This document shows, piece by piece, positions 19,893-30,363 of a DNA stretch of 64,000 nucleotides; within the stretch, counting starts at the first letter, position 1, and every line of letters begins with the position of its first letter. The notes under the pieces are model-generated. The model was not told the DNA's origin, made no database searches, and saw only the letters and a program-made list of their open reading frames with translations. Made by a program: the position numbers and the translations under genes. The stretch is from Spirochaetota bacterium (lineage in GTDB: Bacteria; Spirochaetota; UBA4802; UB4802): contig JAOAIH010000008.1 in the NCBI GenBank assembly GCA_026414805.1, forward strand, positions 1 to 64,000. Direction: 5' to 3'.

Positions 19893-21350
19893 TCAAACAA
19901 AATCGTCATAATTATCAAGTGTTTTTATATTTCCACGCTGTTTTCTTTCAATTATTTCTTTTAAAGCTGTCCTGGCTTCATCGCTAATAAATGGATTTTC
20001 ATTTATGATGGCATCACGAACACAGTCTATGGATTTTTCCGTACCAATATGTTTTAAGCCCTGTAGCGATAGCATCTTGCAGTCCTCATCGTCAATCGAA
20101 AGTCCTTGTTGTAATAACTTTTCAGTATCATCACCAGGGAAATATGAAGCAAGCTGTAGCAAGCGCTTTTTGACTATAAGCGGAGCATTATCAAAGTTTT
20201 GGAGTAATTGCATTGCGGTCATGCAGTCGATAGTTTGTGCAAGTGCATAGATAGCATTTGATTTTATAATAGGGTAATATTCATTCATTATTACATCAGT
20301 TAATGGCTTGCTACTCATTTTATTTTTAAATGCACTCAATGCTCGAGCACATGCTTCAACAAATTGTGGGTTGGGATCAGAAAGCCCCTGTATTAGTGGT
20401 TCAATGGCACGCTTGTCTTCAATAATGCCCAGTGCCCGTGCAGCAAAAATACGAAGGCTTGTAAGTGGCGAATTCATCATCTGTATAAGTTTTGGTACAG
20501 ATGACTTTTTGTATCGTATAAAAAGCGGCATCATCTCGTTAATGGGAAAAATGTTTCCATCATTTATTTGATTAAAGAGAGGTTCAATAGTTAGCTCACC
20601 AATGTTTATTAACGCATCAATTGTAGTTATTATTATCTGCCTGTTTTCATGATTTACAAATGGCATAAGGTGGTTGATTGCGTCAGGTTCACGTAATTTG
20701 CCCAATAATTGAATTATGTATGATAGTTGCTGGATGTCGCGCGTGGTTGTCAGAAGGTTAATTACTCTATCAAGTTTTGGTGAAGCAATTTTTGAAAGGA
20801 TTTGAATTATATCTTGGCTGTTGCGCGATGATTGCATTAAGTGTTGTAGTAATGGTTCAATTGCAGGTTCGCCAATATGTTCCAATATCCACTGTGCAGT
20901 TTCCCTTACAAGGTTGCTGTCATCATACAGACAATGAATAATTTCATTTATGGTATTTGAATCTTCATGGCCAACTTTCACAAGTGACCATGCTGCAGTT
21001 TCACGTACTTTTTCGTCTTCATCTTTTAACAGGGATATTAATGGTTTTGTTGCATGAGGGTTTTTGCATATTCCCAAACAAAACGCTGCTGATTCACGTA
21101 TAACAGGATTTTTGTTCGATAGTTCCTGAATAAGAGCCGGCTCCGCAAATTCTCTCATTTCACATAAAGCCCAGATAACACTGTCGCGTATCTGTTCGTC
21201 AGGGTGTGAAAGAAGAGTAATTAATGGAAGGATAGCTTCATGTTTGAATTCTATTATTTCTTCAAATGCCTTATTACGAATGATATCATCCCCTGTTTTT
21301 ATATTTTCAATTATCTGTTCAATTGTACGAGATGGATTAGGATTGGTCAT
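19893..21350 (-). CDS. HEAT-repeat (PBS-lyase-type) protein
   Basis: Many repeats of the form HPDEQIRDSVIWAL, NPVIRESAAFCLG and DEDEKVRETAAWSL. 485 aa. Confidence 0.75.
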   Translation of the reverse strand: MTNPNPSRTIEQIIENIKTGDDIIRNKAFEEIIEFKHEAILPLITLLSHPDEQIRDSVIWALCEMREFAEPALIQELSNKNPVIRESAAFCLGICKNPHATKPLISLLKDEDEKVRETAAWSLVKVGHEDSNTINEIIHCLYDDSNLVRETAQWILEHIGEPAIEPLLQHLMQSSRNSQDIIQILSKIASPKLDRVINLLTTTRDIQQLSYIIQLLGKLREPDAINHLMPFVNHENRQIIITTIDALINIGELTIEPLFNQINDGNIFPINEMMPLFIRYKKSSVPKLIQMMNSPLTSLRIFAARALGIIEDKRAIEPLIQGLSDPNPQFVEACARALSAFKNKMSSKPLTDVIMNEYYPIIKSNAIYALAQTIDCMTAMQLLQNFDNAPLIVKKRLLQLASYFPGDDTEKLLQQGLSIDDEDCKMLSLQGLKHIGTEKSIDCVRDAIINENPFISDEARTALKEIIERKQRGNIKTLDNYDDFV

Positions 21351-21752
21351 ATAGTTTAATTGCCTTAAGTATGAAAGCTTAGATGATTATAGACAACACC
21401 TTGCTTGAAATATACAGTGAAAATACATTATTTTCAAAATTAATAGTTGCAATATTCAAATAACTGTATTTTACTAAATGTAGGTGCATGTTATACTGTA
21501 AGTCATTGTAAAAGTAAAGAAATAATACAAACTATCGCTATTGTGCTGTTTTTATTCCATGAATAGGTATTTAACGCTCACAGTATATATATGCATAACA
21601 AACTTATAACATACAATTGCCGATATATAAAATAATCTCTATAGAATAATTTAGAATTGACAATCTGTTATACAGTTATTTAGGAATACATACCGAAAGT
21701 TAAGTAAAATTTAATACTACGTAATACGTCATGTAGTGTAAAAGGAAATGTA

Positions 21753-22499
21753 ATGGCAACAAAGAAAAAGAGCAAGACTACAAAAACAAAAAAAGGCTCA
21801 TCAAAGAAAAGTACAACGGTTACTTCATCTTCCAGGGCGCCTTATATATTGATTATAATGGCAATGGCTGCAGGATTGCTCTTTCTACTTTCATTGCAGT
21901 CTGATTCTATAAAGAGCTTCATTGCAAAAAAAACAGAAGAGAAAAAACAAAATACTATACTACCTTCATCTAACGAAATGAACAAAGAAAAAAAACAGGT
22001 TGAAAATACGTCAGTAGTTGCTGATAGCAAAAATAAAAATACACAGGAACTATCGCCTCAAAAAAAACAATTGGAAAAAGAAAAGCCGTTAATTCAAGCA
22101 AAGATTTATTTTTTATTTTATAACGAAAAAGCTGATAAAATTGAATTGCGGCCGGTGACTCGTAATGTGGATTCAAGAATTCCGGTAAAAGCTGCACTTG
22201 AAGAATTAATAAAAGGTCCAACAAAAGATGAAGAAAAAAAAGGATACGTGACAGCTATACCTCCCACACTCAAGGTTATTGATGTTTCCATCATTAACAA
22301 TATAGCATTTATTAATTTCAACAGAGCAATTGAAGAAGGTGCGGCAGGTAACATCATGCTCAACCGCCTTGACCAGATTATATATACTGTCACCCAATTT
22401 GATGCTGTTGATGGGATACATATATTAGTTAATGGGCAGCGCAAGCGTTTCCTTGGCCCTGATGGCATATCAATTGCAGGACCTTTGAAACGGCATTAA
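21753..22499 (+). CDS. membrane-anchored GerMN-domain protein
   Basis: Lys-rich N-terminus, one TM helix, then a C-terminal GerMN-type domain (PVKAALEELIKGPT...GAAGNIMLNRLDQIIYTVTQF...HILVNGQ). Confidence 0.65.
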   Translation: MATKKKSKTTKTKKGSSKKSTTVTSSSRAPYILIIMAMAAGLLFLLSLQSDSIKSFIAKKTEEKKQNTILPSSNEMNKEKKQVENTSVVADSKNKNTQELSPQKKQLEKEKPLIQAKIYFLFYNEKADKIELRPVTRNVDSRIPVKAALEELIKGPTKDEEKKGYVTAIPPTLKVIDVSIINNIAFINFNRAIEEGAAGNIMLNRLDQIIYTVTQFDAVDGIHILVNGQRKRFLGPDGISIAGPLKRH

Positions 22500-22500
22500 A

Positions 22501-23034
22501 TTGTATGGTTACTTCACAATGTTAGAAGTAGAAATAAAATCTCGATGTGATGACCTGGATGCAATAAAAAATGCAATTGTTGATCTGGGTGGAGTGTATA
22601 TTTCTACTGAGCTGGAAGAAGATTGCTATTTTAATCATCCATCACGTGATTTTGGAAAAACAGATGAGGCATTACGCATAAGAAAAGTAAATGATATGAT
22701 CTTCTGCACTTATAAAGGGCCAAAGTTAGGTGGAAAAACAAAAACCCGTTTTGAAAAGGAAGTGCAGATACATGATGCTGAGGCTATGCAGGAGATATTG
22801 CAGAAGTTGGGTTTTGTATTGTATGGGAAAGTTCAGAAAAAGCGTGATGTGTATTTATTAAATGAAGTAACAATCTGTTGCGATGAAGTAAAAGGGCTTG
22901 GAACATTTGTTGAACTTGAGATGATAAGCAATAATCGTGAGGAAGCTGAAAAACGACTCTTTGCACTGGCACAGAAATTGGGCCTTTCTGAGTTTATTAC
23001 TTCTTCATATTTAGAAATGGTAAAAGGAGGATAA
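22501..23034 (+). CDS. CYTH-domain protein (class IV adenylate cyclase / triphosphatase fold)
   Basis: N-terminal EVEIK signature (ExExK) and conserved acidic residues. 170-177 aa. The start is probably ATG 22525. Confidence 0.7.
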   Translation: MYGYFTMLEVEIKSRCDDLDAIKNAIVDLGGVYISTELEEDCYFNHPSRDFGKTDEALRIRKVNDMIFCTYKGPKLGGKTKTRFEKEVQIHDAEAMQEILQKLGFVLYGKVQKKRDVYLLNEVTICCDEVKGLGTFVELEMISNNREEAEKRLFALAQKLGLSEFITSSYLEMVKGG

Positions 23035-23038
23035 GATA

Positions 23039-23713
23039 ATGTACAAGAGAGTAGTTTCTTTGTTATTTGGCATCTTTTTAATTGTCCAGCATACTGTTGT
23101 TTTTGGCAATGAGGTCGTAAAGCAAAAGATAATTGCTTTTGAACAGTCTGTTCCCTGGTCAGATGTATATGATTCATTTAAATCAAGGCAAAAATCATGG
23201 CATCAGGATGTAATGGCAGCTTCTTCACCGCAGGAATTGGGTACACTTCTTGTTGAGTTTCATGGTTTCATTATTAAAGATAAGTTAGGTGATGAATGGG
23301 ACAGGGTAAAGCCTCAATGGGTAGCTAAAGCTGGGAATGCAACCACATATGATGTGGTTGCGGACTGTTTACAACAGCTTCAGAATTATTACTTTCAACG
23401 GGTGAAGCAGGATGGCAGCGATGTAAAAAAGGATATTATAACCTTTGAGCAATTTGTACCATGGGAAGATGTCAAAGAGGGTTTTAAATCCCGTCAGCAG
23501 GGTTGGCATTATGATGTTATGAATGCAAAAACACCACAACAGTTGGGGTTACTGCTACTTGAATTTCATGATTGGATATATCCTCAAAAGTTTTCAGGTG
23601 AATGGGCAGTGATAAAGCCTGCATGGATTAAAAAGGCAAAAAATACCTCAACCTGGCAGGATGTGAAAGATCTTTTAAAAGAATTACAGTGGAATTACAG
23701 AAAGGGAAAATGA
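23039..23713 (+). CDS. secreted hypothetical protein built from two tandem copies of a roughly 90-aa domain
   Basis: Signal-peptide-like N-terminus. Repeat 1 (IIAFEQSVPWSDVYDSFKSRQKSWHQDVM...) and repeat 2 (IITFEQFVPWEDVKEGFKSRQQGWHYDVM...) align across their whole length. Confidence 0.6.
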   Translation: MYKRVVSLLFGIFLIVQHTVVFGNEVVKQKIIAFEQSVPWSDVYDSFKSRQKSWHQDVMAASSPQELGTLLVEFHGFIIKDKLGDEWDRVKPQWVAKAGNATTYDVVADCLQQLQNYYFQRVKQDGSDVKKDIITFEQFVPWEDVKEGFKSRQQGWHYDVMNAKTPQQLGLLLLEFHDWIYPQKFSGEWAVIKPAWIKKAKNTSTWQDVKDLLKELQWNYRKGK

Positions 23714-23739
23714 CTATTTTGAATATTTGCCTGAAAAAT

Positions 23740-23776
23740 AATCCCACGGTTGTTATAACGTGGGATTATTTTTTTA
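23740..23776. terminator. bidirectional rho-independent terminator between the secreted-protein gene (+) and amt (-)
   Basis: Perfect 9-bp stem aatcccacg/cgtgggatt with a 10-nt loop. An A-run on one flank and a T-run on the other. Confidence 0.7.
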
Positions 23777-23790
23777 ATTATATGGATACG

Positions 23791-25200
23791 TTATTTTAAC
23801 GTATATGATTCAAAGTCGGGATATCCTTCAATGCCATGTTCAGAGATATCCAGCCCAATTAGTTCTTCTTCTCGAGTAACTCTAATGCCCATGGTTGCAT
23901 TAATTATAACCCAGATAACCCAGCTTACTATAAATACAAAGCTACCTACTGCAACTACACCAACCAGTTGATTAGCAAAAGAACCTATGCCACCACCATA
24001 AAATAATCCTATAGGTGGTTGTCCGCTTCCGCCAGCATACGGTGCAGCTGCAAAAAGGCCAACTGCTAAAGTACCCCACACACCATTGACCAGATGTACC
24101 GAAAGTGCACCTACAGGGTCATCAATACCCCATCGGTCAAAGGCAAGTACAAAAACTACCACCAATATTCCTGCTATCCCGCCAATGATGATTGAAGCTC
24201 CGGGAGTAACCCATGCACACGGAGCAGTAATGGCAACAAGACCTGCTAATGCGCCGTTAAGTATCATTGTAAGATCAGGTTTTCCAAGTGCAAGCCATGC
24301 AGTTATGGTAGCAGTGAGTGTGCCAGTTGCTGCTGCAAGGTTAGTGGTTACCGCAATACGCCCGATATCAGAAGCATTTGCAGCCATTGTAGAACCAGGG
24401 TTAAAGCCAAACCAACCAAACCACAGCACAAATACACCTAATGTTGCAAGTGGAAGGCTGTGCCCTGGTATAGAATTAACACTGCCATCAGGATTGTATT
24501 TACCAATGCGTGGGCCAAGAACCAGTGCACCTGTCAATGCTGCCCATCCGCCAATGGAATGTACAACAGTTGAACCGGCAAAATCCCAAAACCCACGTTG
24601 AGCAAGCCATCCACCGCCCCACACCCAGTGTCCTGCAATAGGATAGATGATGCTGGTCAGGATGAACGAAAATATGATGAAGGCCAAGAATTTAATTCTA
24701 CCGCCAACTGCACCTGATACTATGGTTGCTGCAGTTGCACAGAATACAAGCTGGAAGAAAAATTTAGCATACAGTGGCACTCCTGTCCAACTCAAAGCAG
24801 AGTATACTCCCTGGTAACTATCGCCTGTTGCGGGGCTGTTATCTGCGCCACTGAGCATAAACATCCCTTTCCAGCCCATAAATCCGTTGCCATCACCAAA
24901 CATCAATCCCCAACCAATAAACCAGAAAGCAATTGATGAGATAGCAAATACAACAAAGTTCTTTGCCGATATATTAACAGCATTCTTTGCTTGCTGTAGA
25001 CCTGCCTCAACCATCGCAAACCCTAAGTTCATGAAGAACACAAGGAATGCAGCAAAAAGTACCCACAGTGTATCTGCAATTACCTGCATAGTAACTGAAT
25101 TTGCCTGTAGTTGTGTAGTTGTAGTGTCTTCCTGTGCAAATGAAATGGTTGCACACAGCAACACCACGCCAATTATTCCTAATATTTTTACAAGCCTCAT
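23791..25200 (-). CDS. amt: ammonium transporter (Amt family) with a signal peptide
   Basis: Amt/MEP core with 11 TM helices and a conserved twin-His region. 469 aa. Confidence 0.9.
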   Translation of the reverse strand: MRLVKILGIIGVVLLCATISFAQEDTTTTQLQANSVTMQVIADTLWVLFAAFLVFFMNLGFAMVEAGLQQAKNAVNISAKNFVVFAISSIAFWFIGWGLMFGDGNGFMGWKGMFMLSGADNSPATGDSYQGVYSALSWTGVPLYAKFFFQLVFCATAATIVSGAVGGRIKFLAFIIFSFILTSIIYPIAGHWVWGGGWLAQRGFWDFAGSTVVHSIGGWAALTGALVLGPRIGKYNPDGSVNSIPGHSLPLATLGVFVLWFGWFGFNPGSTMAANASDIGRIAVTTNLAAATGTLTATITAWLALGKPDLTMILNGALAGLVAITAPCAWVTPGASIIIGGIAGILVVVFVLAFDRWGIDDPVGALSVHLVNGVWGTLAVGLFAAAPYAGGSGQPPIGLFYGGGIGSFANQLVGVVAVGSFVFIVSWVIWVIINATMGIRVTREEELIGLDISEHGIEGYPDFESYTLK

Positions 25201-25209
25201 AGATTCCTC

Positions 25210-26673
25210 CTAAATTTCATAGTATAGTGCATACTCCCACGGATGTGGTCTCAGAGCTATCTGGTCAATTTCATGCAACCGTTTGTGAGCAATATAGCTT
25301 TCAATCAAATCAACAGTAAATACGTTGCCTTTCATCAAAAAGGAACAGTCACGCTCAAGGCCGTCTATTACCTCTTTCAGGGTTCCAGGAGTATTGCGTA
25401 TATTCCTTTTTTCATGGGGCGATAGCTCATAGATATCCTCATCAATGGGGTCAGGTGGCTCAATCCTGTTTTCAATGCCGTCCATACCTGCCATGATAAT
25501 AGCTGCAAATGCCAGATACGGGTTGGCTGAAGGGTCAGGACACCTGAACTCTATGCGTTTTGCTTTCTCACTGGTGCTATACATTGGAATTCGCACAGCT
25601 GCTGAGCGATTCCGTGCAGAATAGACCAGGTTGATAGGTGCTTCATATCCGGGAACAAGCCGTCTGTAGGAGTTTGTTGTGGGAGCACAAAACGCTAAAA
25701 CTGCCTCAATATGAGCAAAGATCCCACCAATGAAGTAGCGTGCATAGTCACTTAAATCTGCATATTTTCCAAAATCATAGAAGATATTTCTGTTCTCTTT
25801 CCACAAGCTCACATGAACATGCATTCCTGAACCATTATCCATGAAGATTGGTTTGGGCATAAATGTAACAGTTTTGCCATAACGGTGCGCCACGTTCTTA
25901 ATGATATACTTATAGTTGACTAGTGTATCGGCCTGGCGTACAAGTTCATCAACCACCAACCCAATCTCAGTCTGCCCTGCAGTTGCAACTTCATGGTGGT
26001 GAAGATTTACCTGAATGCCACACGATCGCAGTACCTCCACCATTTTAGAACGCAGGTTATGGAGCTGATCGTGTGGGGAAGTAGGGAAATACCCCTGTTT
26101 ATAAGGGATTTTGTACCCTAAGTTTTTTTCGCCTTTTGCAGAGTTCCAGCTTGCTTCAGAGGAGTCTACCTCATAGTATGCCTTATTCTGCGATTGTTCA
26201 TATTTGACATTGTCAAAGATAAAGAATTCAGGCTCAGGCCCAAAGTATGCCATGTCGGCTATACCGGTTGAGCGTATATATTCAATTGCCTTTTCACCCA
26301 CATATCGGGAATCCTTGGTATATCGCCTTCGTGCAACAGGGTCAATGATATCGCACAAAAACGATAATGTCCTGTGATCAAAGAATGGATCAATGAATGC
26401 AGTATTGGGGTCAGGTCGCATGAGCATGTCGCTTTCATGAATTGACTGGAATCCACGTATAGATGAACCATCAAAACCTGTACCCACTGCAAACAACTCT
26501 TCATCAGCTTTGTCAGCTGTGATAGTATAATGGTGAAGTCTGCCAAACAGGTCAGTGAACTTAAGATCAAGAAATTCAATGTTGCGCTCTTTTATTATCT
26601 TAAGTATATCTGATATGGAGGTGTGTTTTGTATGACCATTAACTTGATAGATGGGGTCAAAAATAGCTTCCAT
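25210..26673 (-). CDS. glnA: glutamine synthetase
   Basis: GS beta-grasp N-domain and catalytic C-domain motifs (MPKPIFMDNGSGMHVHVS, NSYRRL). 487 aa. Confidence 0.85.
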   Translation of the reverse strand: MEAIFDPIYQVNGHTKHTSISDILKIIKERNIEFLDLKFTDLFGRLHHYTITADKADEELFAVGTGFDGSSIRGFQSIHESDMLMRPDPNTAFIDPFFDHRTLSFLCDIIDPVARRRYTKDSRYVGEKAIEYIRSTGIADMAYFGPEPEFFIFDNVKYEQSQNKAYYEVDSSEASWNSAKGEKNLGYKIPYKQGYFPTSPHDQLHNLRSKMVEVLRSCGIQVNLHHHEVATAGQTEIGLVVDELVRQADTLVNYKYIIKNVAHRYGKTVTFMPKPIFMDNGSGMHVHVSLWKENRNIFYDFGKYADLSDYARYFIGGIFAHIEAVLAFCAPTTNSYRRLVPGYEAPINLVYSARNRSAAVRIPMYSTSEKAKRIEFRCPDPSANPYLAFAAIIMAGMDGIENRIEPPDPIDEDIYELSPHEKRNIRNTPGTLKEVIDGLERDCSFLMKGNVFTVDLIESYIAHKRLHEIDQIALRPHPWEYALYYEI

Positions 26674-26684
26674 AATTTACCTCC

Positions 26685-27968
26685 TTAATCTAACTCCTTT
26701 TTTACCGGCAGAGACTTCCTTTCATCTAATATCTTAGTTAAATCCACGCCTGTTGCAGTCTTGATTTGCTCTATAAAAGATATAACGCTAGAAGTGACAT
26801 CACCCACATGCTTTGGTATGCCGCCATCTCCCATAACAACAAGTTTTTCCACTTTAAGGTTGTCCTTGAGTACTGTAGAAACGCTATCAACTATGTTTGG
26901 CAAAAGATGCAGCATGAACAGTTCCTTGGTATTGCCGTTTTGCCATTCAGCACGCATCTTGCTCACAGCTTCAGCCATTGCAATACCCTGTTCCTTCAAA
27001 TACGATGATTGACCCATGGCTTTGAGTTCTTGTGCTTTCTTTTCGGCTTCTGCTGGAATTATCACTTCAGCTGTGTATTTCTTTGCATTAACATCTTTTT
27101 TTAATTCTTCTACTTCGGACAGATGCTTAAGCTCAGCCAATTTCTTTGCAAATTCTGCTCGTACTTCCTTTTGGTAAGTTGATTCATTAAGCAGCGCTTT
27201 GCGTTCTCTAAAATTGTTTTCATACTCCTCAATTGCTATTTTAGATTGAAATTCAACATCACTTGCTTTTTTCCTGGCATTGTACTCAACAATCTTTGCT
27301 TCAGCTTCAGCTTCGGCTTCTTTGATGCGTGCATCACGCTTAACAATTGCATTTCGCTGACGTCCCACAGCGTCAAGATACCCCTGCGAATCTTTAATCT
27401 CTTCAATCTTCACTGAATCCAGGGTAAATCCCAATTTCATCAATTCATCTTTTGCCAGTTCAAATACCTTTTTTTCAAGTTCAAGTCGTTGATAGTTGGC
27501 TTCTTCTGGTGTAAATGTTGCGATAACACCCCGAAGGACACCTTCAATTGTATTCTTTGCTATGGTTTCAATCTCAGAGGATGGTTTTCCAAGAAGCCGT
27601 TCAACGGCATTTTCCAGTCCACCTCCTTCTTTTGAGGCAATCTTGACATGAGCTATCGCCACGATACTTAATGGTATCATTCCGTTGGATAGTGCGCCTT
27701 CAATTTCAAGGGTAATAGGAATAATTGAAAGCGACAGCCGTGAAACGCGCTCCAGAAGTGGAACACGCAAGCCATAACCACCGCGTATCACACGGTATCC
27801 TACAACTTCGCCGCTTGGGAGTTTACGCTTGCGACCAGAGAATATTAGGATTTCATTTGGTTCGCATATTTTTAGATTGACTTTTATAAAGATAAGAATT
27901 GCAGCAATTGCAATAATGGCAACTGAGATCACCAATGCCCAATCAATGTTTGCTAAGTAGTTTTCCAT
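26685..27968 (-). CDS. flotillin-like SPFH/band-7 protein (YuaG/FloT-like) with an Ala/Glu-rich coiled coil
   Basis: N-terminal TM helix, SPFH core (EPNEILIFSG...GYRVIRGG...VPLLERV), then an EAEAEAEAKI coiled-coil region. Confidence 0.8.
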   Translation of the reverse strand: MENYLANIDWALVISVAIIAIAAILIFIKVNLKICEPNEILIFSGRKRKLPSGEVVGYRVIRGGYGLRVPLLERVSRLSLSIIPITLEIEGALSNGMIPLSIVAIAHVKIASKEGGGLENAVERLLGKPSSEIETIAKNTIEGVLRGVIATFTPEEANYQRLELEKKVFELAKDELMKLGFTLDSVKIEEIKDSQGYLDAVGRQRNAIVKRDARIKEAEAEAEAKIVEYNARKKASDVEFQSKIAIEEYENNFRERKALLNESTYQKEVRAEFAKKLAELKHLSEVEELKKDVNAKKYTAEVIIPAEAEKKAQELKAMGQSSYLKEQGIAMAEAVSKMRAEWQNGNTKELFMLHLLPNIVDSVSTVLKDNLKVEKLVVMGDGGIPKHVGDVTSSVISFIEQIKTATGVDLTKILDERKSLPVKKELD

Positions 27969-27990
27969 CGTATGCCTCCTTTTTATAGAA

Positions 27991-28332
27991 TTAACCTATA
28001 GCCCGTGAACCACGTTCACCGGTGCGTATACGAACACATTCCTCAATAGGAATGACAAAGATTTTCCCATCACCTATGTTGCCGGTTTTAGCTCCACGGG
28101 TTATAGCTTTTATTGTTGGTTCAACGTAGTCGTCATTGACAGCAATCTGAAGCTCAATCTTTTTCAAAAGGCGTATCTCATGTTTTACGCCACGGTAGGT
28201 TTCGGGGTAGCCTTTCTGCCTACCAGACCCAATTGAGTTGATTACTGTCATTAAGTTAATGCTGGCTTCATTTAATTCCTTTTTAACATCCGCTAGTTTT
28301 TCAGGACGGATGATTGCGATAATTAACTTCAT
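27991..28332 (-). CDS. glnB: nitrogen regulatory protein P-II (GlnB/GlnK family) with a non-canonical T-loop
   Basis: [13 protein letters not shown]... and C-terminal TGERGDGKIFV-like region. T-loop [14 protein letters not shown]. 113 aa. Confidence 0.85.
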   Translation of the reverse strand: MKLIIAIIRPEKLADVKKELNEASINLMTVINSIGSGRQKGYPETYRGVKHEIRLLKKIELQIAVNDDYVEPTIKAITRGAKTGNIGDGKIFVIPIEECVRIRTGERGSRAIG

Positions 28333-28560
28333 AAAACCTCCTTACAATTTTAAAGAGTATGCAGTGGTGAATCTGAAACTGTTACATCTTCACCTTCTGC
28401 ATTCCAGTACTGGTTCTACGAATTAGGGTAGCAACGGAGTATCTTTGCGGTCAATGTTTGAAGAAAATTAGAAGACAATTCCCCTTTTATTTAACATGCG
28501 GTTAATCGTTTTGTAACATAGATGAAACATTTGTGGTAGGTATAATTTTTTATTTTTTAC

Positions 28561-28590
28561 TTGACAATTATGTCACATTGTGTCTATAAG
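28561..28590 (+). promoter_or_regulatory. candidate sigma70 promoter of the dcw operon (PmraZ)
   Basis: TTGACA (28561-28566), 17-18-bp spacer, cTATAAg (28584-28590), about 55 nt upstream of the mraZ ATG. Confidence 0.5.
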
Positions 28591-28620
28591 TGGTAGAAAG
28601 TGGGGATTAGTGTAGCATTG
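28591..28620 (+). promoter_or_regulatory. MraZ operator-like triple direct repeat
   Basis: Three TGGTA / TGGGG / TGTAG elements in an exact 10-bp register (tggtagaaag tggggattag tgtagcattg), just downstream of the -10. This resembles the known MraZ-box arrangement. Confidence 0.45.
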
Positions 28621-28648
28621 TAGAGATGAAGGGGAAAGTATAGTCAAA

Positions 28649-29086
28649 ATGTTTATGGGCGAATATCGCCCAACGCTTGACGAAAAATGCCGTGTGGCAA
28701 TTCCTAGCAAACTGCGTAAAGCGTTTGGCGAAGACAACATTATACACAAATTAATCATAACGCATGGTTTTGATAAATGCGTTATGGCCTTCAGAGAAGT
28801 TGACTGGAGGGAATTTGTGGAAACAAAGCTTGTACCCCTTTCACAGGCTGACCCCATGAACAGGATGCGAATCAGGTTTTTGCTAGGTGGTGCAACCGAA
28901 TGTGAGCTTGATAAACAGGGTAGGATTTTGATTCCCAATTATTTGCTTGAATATGCACAGATTGAAAAGGAAGTGGTAATTTTGGGTTTATATAATCGCA
29001 TTGAAATCTGGAGTGCAGAAATTTACAAGCAATATAAACCTGATGGCGATGCATTAAACCAGTTTGCACATGACCTTGGATTTTAA
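28649..29086 (+). CDS. mraZ: transcriptional regulator MraZ
   Basis: MFMGEYRPTLDEKCRVAIPSKLR with a duplicated SpoVT/AbrB-like fold. 145 aa. Confidence 0.9.
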   Translation: MFMGEYRPTLDEKCRVAIPSKLRKAFGEDNIIHKLIITHGFDKCVMAFREVDWREFVETKLVPLSQADPMNRMRIRFLLGGATECELDKQGRILIPNYLLEYAQIEKEVVILGLYNRIEIWSAEIYKQYKPDGDALNQFAHDLGF

Positions 29087-29115
29087 GTATGAACTGTACA
29101 GTAATGTGACATAAT

Positions 29116-30060
29116 ATGGAAGAAACACACTACTATCACACTCCTGTTATGCCACAGGAAGTAATGGATTTTTTGGCTGATATTGATGGCATAGAAAGGT
29201 CAGTTGTGGTGGATTGTACAGTGGGAGAGGGTGGTCATTCAGAGTTAATACTGAAACAATGGGACACAATTACGTTATACGGTTTTGAACGCGACAGGGA
29301 AGTTATGGCGATAGCTCAAAAGAGGCTTTTACCGTATGGGAGGGCAGTATTGATTAATGACAATTTTAAAAATATCTGGCTTCACTGCAAGGGTATGGAG
29401 AATTCTATAGCTGCATTTTTATATGACTTTGGGATTTCTTCTTTTCATTTTGATGGAAGCAACCGGGGTTTTGCATTCAGTAAGCAAGAAAAACTTGATA
29501 TGCGCTTGGATGATTCTATAACGCTCACTGCCTATGATGTTGTTAATAATTTTAGTGAAAACGAGTTAACAGATATTTTCATCAAATTTGGTCAAGAGCG
29601 CTGGGCTCGCCGTATAGCACGCAGGATTATTAATGTGCGCAGTGAAAAAACAATTGAAACAACTGAAGAGCTTGCACACATTGTTGTGCAGGCTATACCC
29701 AAACAGTATAGGGTTAAAAACATACATCCGGCAACAAGAGTTTTTCAGGCACTCAGGATATTTATCAATGATGAATTGACAGCAATAAATGATTCCTTGC
29801 AGCATGCGCTTGAGTTTTTAAAACCAGGTGGTAGGATCATTGCTATATCTTTTCATTCGCTAGAAGATCGCATTGTAAAGGACAGGTTCAGGCGTTGGGC
29901 AAAGGGGTGCACCTGTAACAATGATGGGCTTTTATGTCAGTGTGGTAGTAAACCTCTTGTTACTGTGTTGACAAAAAAGCCACTACAGCCTAAAGAGTCC
30001 GAAATTACACAGAACCCACGTTCGCGCAGTGCTAAATTGAGAGTGTGTCAGAAGGTATAG
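29116..30060 (+). CDS. rsmH: 16S rRNA (cytosine1402-N4)-methyltransferase RsmH (MraW)
   Basis: HTPVM start and the DCTVGEGGHS SAM-binding motif. 314 aa. Confidence 0.9.
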   Translation: MEETHYYHTPVMPQEVMDFLADIDGIERSVVVDCTVGEGGHSELILKQWDTITLYGFERDREVMAIAQKRLLPYGRAVLINDNFKNIWLHCKGMENSIAAFLYDFGISSFHFDGSNRGFAFSKQEKLDMRLDDSITLTAYDVVNNFSENELTDIFIKFGQERWARRIARRIINVRSEKTIETTEELAHIVVQAIPKQYRVKNIHPATRVFQALRIFINDELTAINDSLQHALEFLKPGGRIIAISFHSLEDRIVKDRFRRWAKGCTCNNDGLLCQCGSKPLVTVLTKKPLQPKESEITQNPRSRSAKLRVCQKV

Positions 30061-30363
30061 ATGTATATGAATACCTCAGAGCAAAAAAGCATAGTACAGT
30101 ATAGTACAATTGTGATTATTGTCATAGTTTTCATCATTGCATTTATATATCAGAATATTGAGTATATGCAGCTAAAAATGCATTATAATGCAATGATAAA
30201 AGAATATCAAGAAGTTATAGAAGAATATGATCGTGAAAAGTATCAGTTACATACAGCGCTATCAATGGATAAGCTTGAACAATTTGCTAAAGAACGTGGA
30301 TTAGTTCCAATGACCAAGGAAAGCTTGATAATAATAGAAGGCGCGAAAACAGGTAAAAAATAA
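30061..30363 (+). CDS. ftsL: FtsL-like cell division protein
   Basis: 100 aa with a single TM helix followed by a coiled coil. Sits between rsmH and murE, and its stop overlaps the murE ATG. Confidence 0.55.
   Translation: MYMNTSEQKSIVQYSTIVIIVIVFIIAFIYQNIEYMQLKMHYNAMIKEYQEVIEEYDREKYQLHTALSMDKLEQFAKERGLVPMTKESLIIIEGAKTGKK

Noticed and set aside
28333-28560. Sigma-54 (-24/-12) promoter for the glnB-glnA-amt operon
   Set aside because: The best TGG-N-TGCA-like candidate turned out to be CCAGTAC...TGCA when read on the correct strand. No GG-N10-GC element with proper spacing was present.
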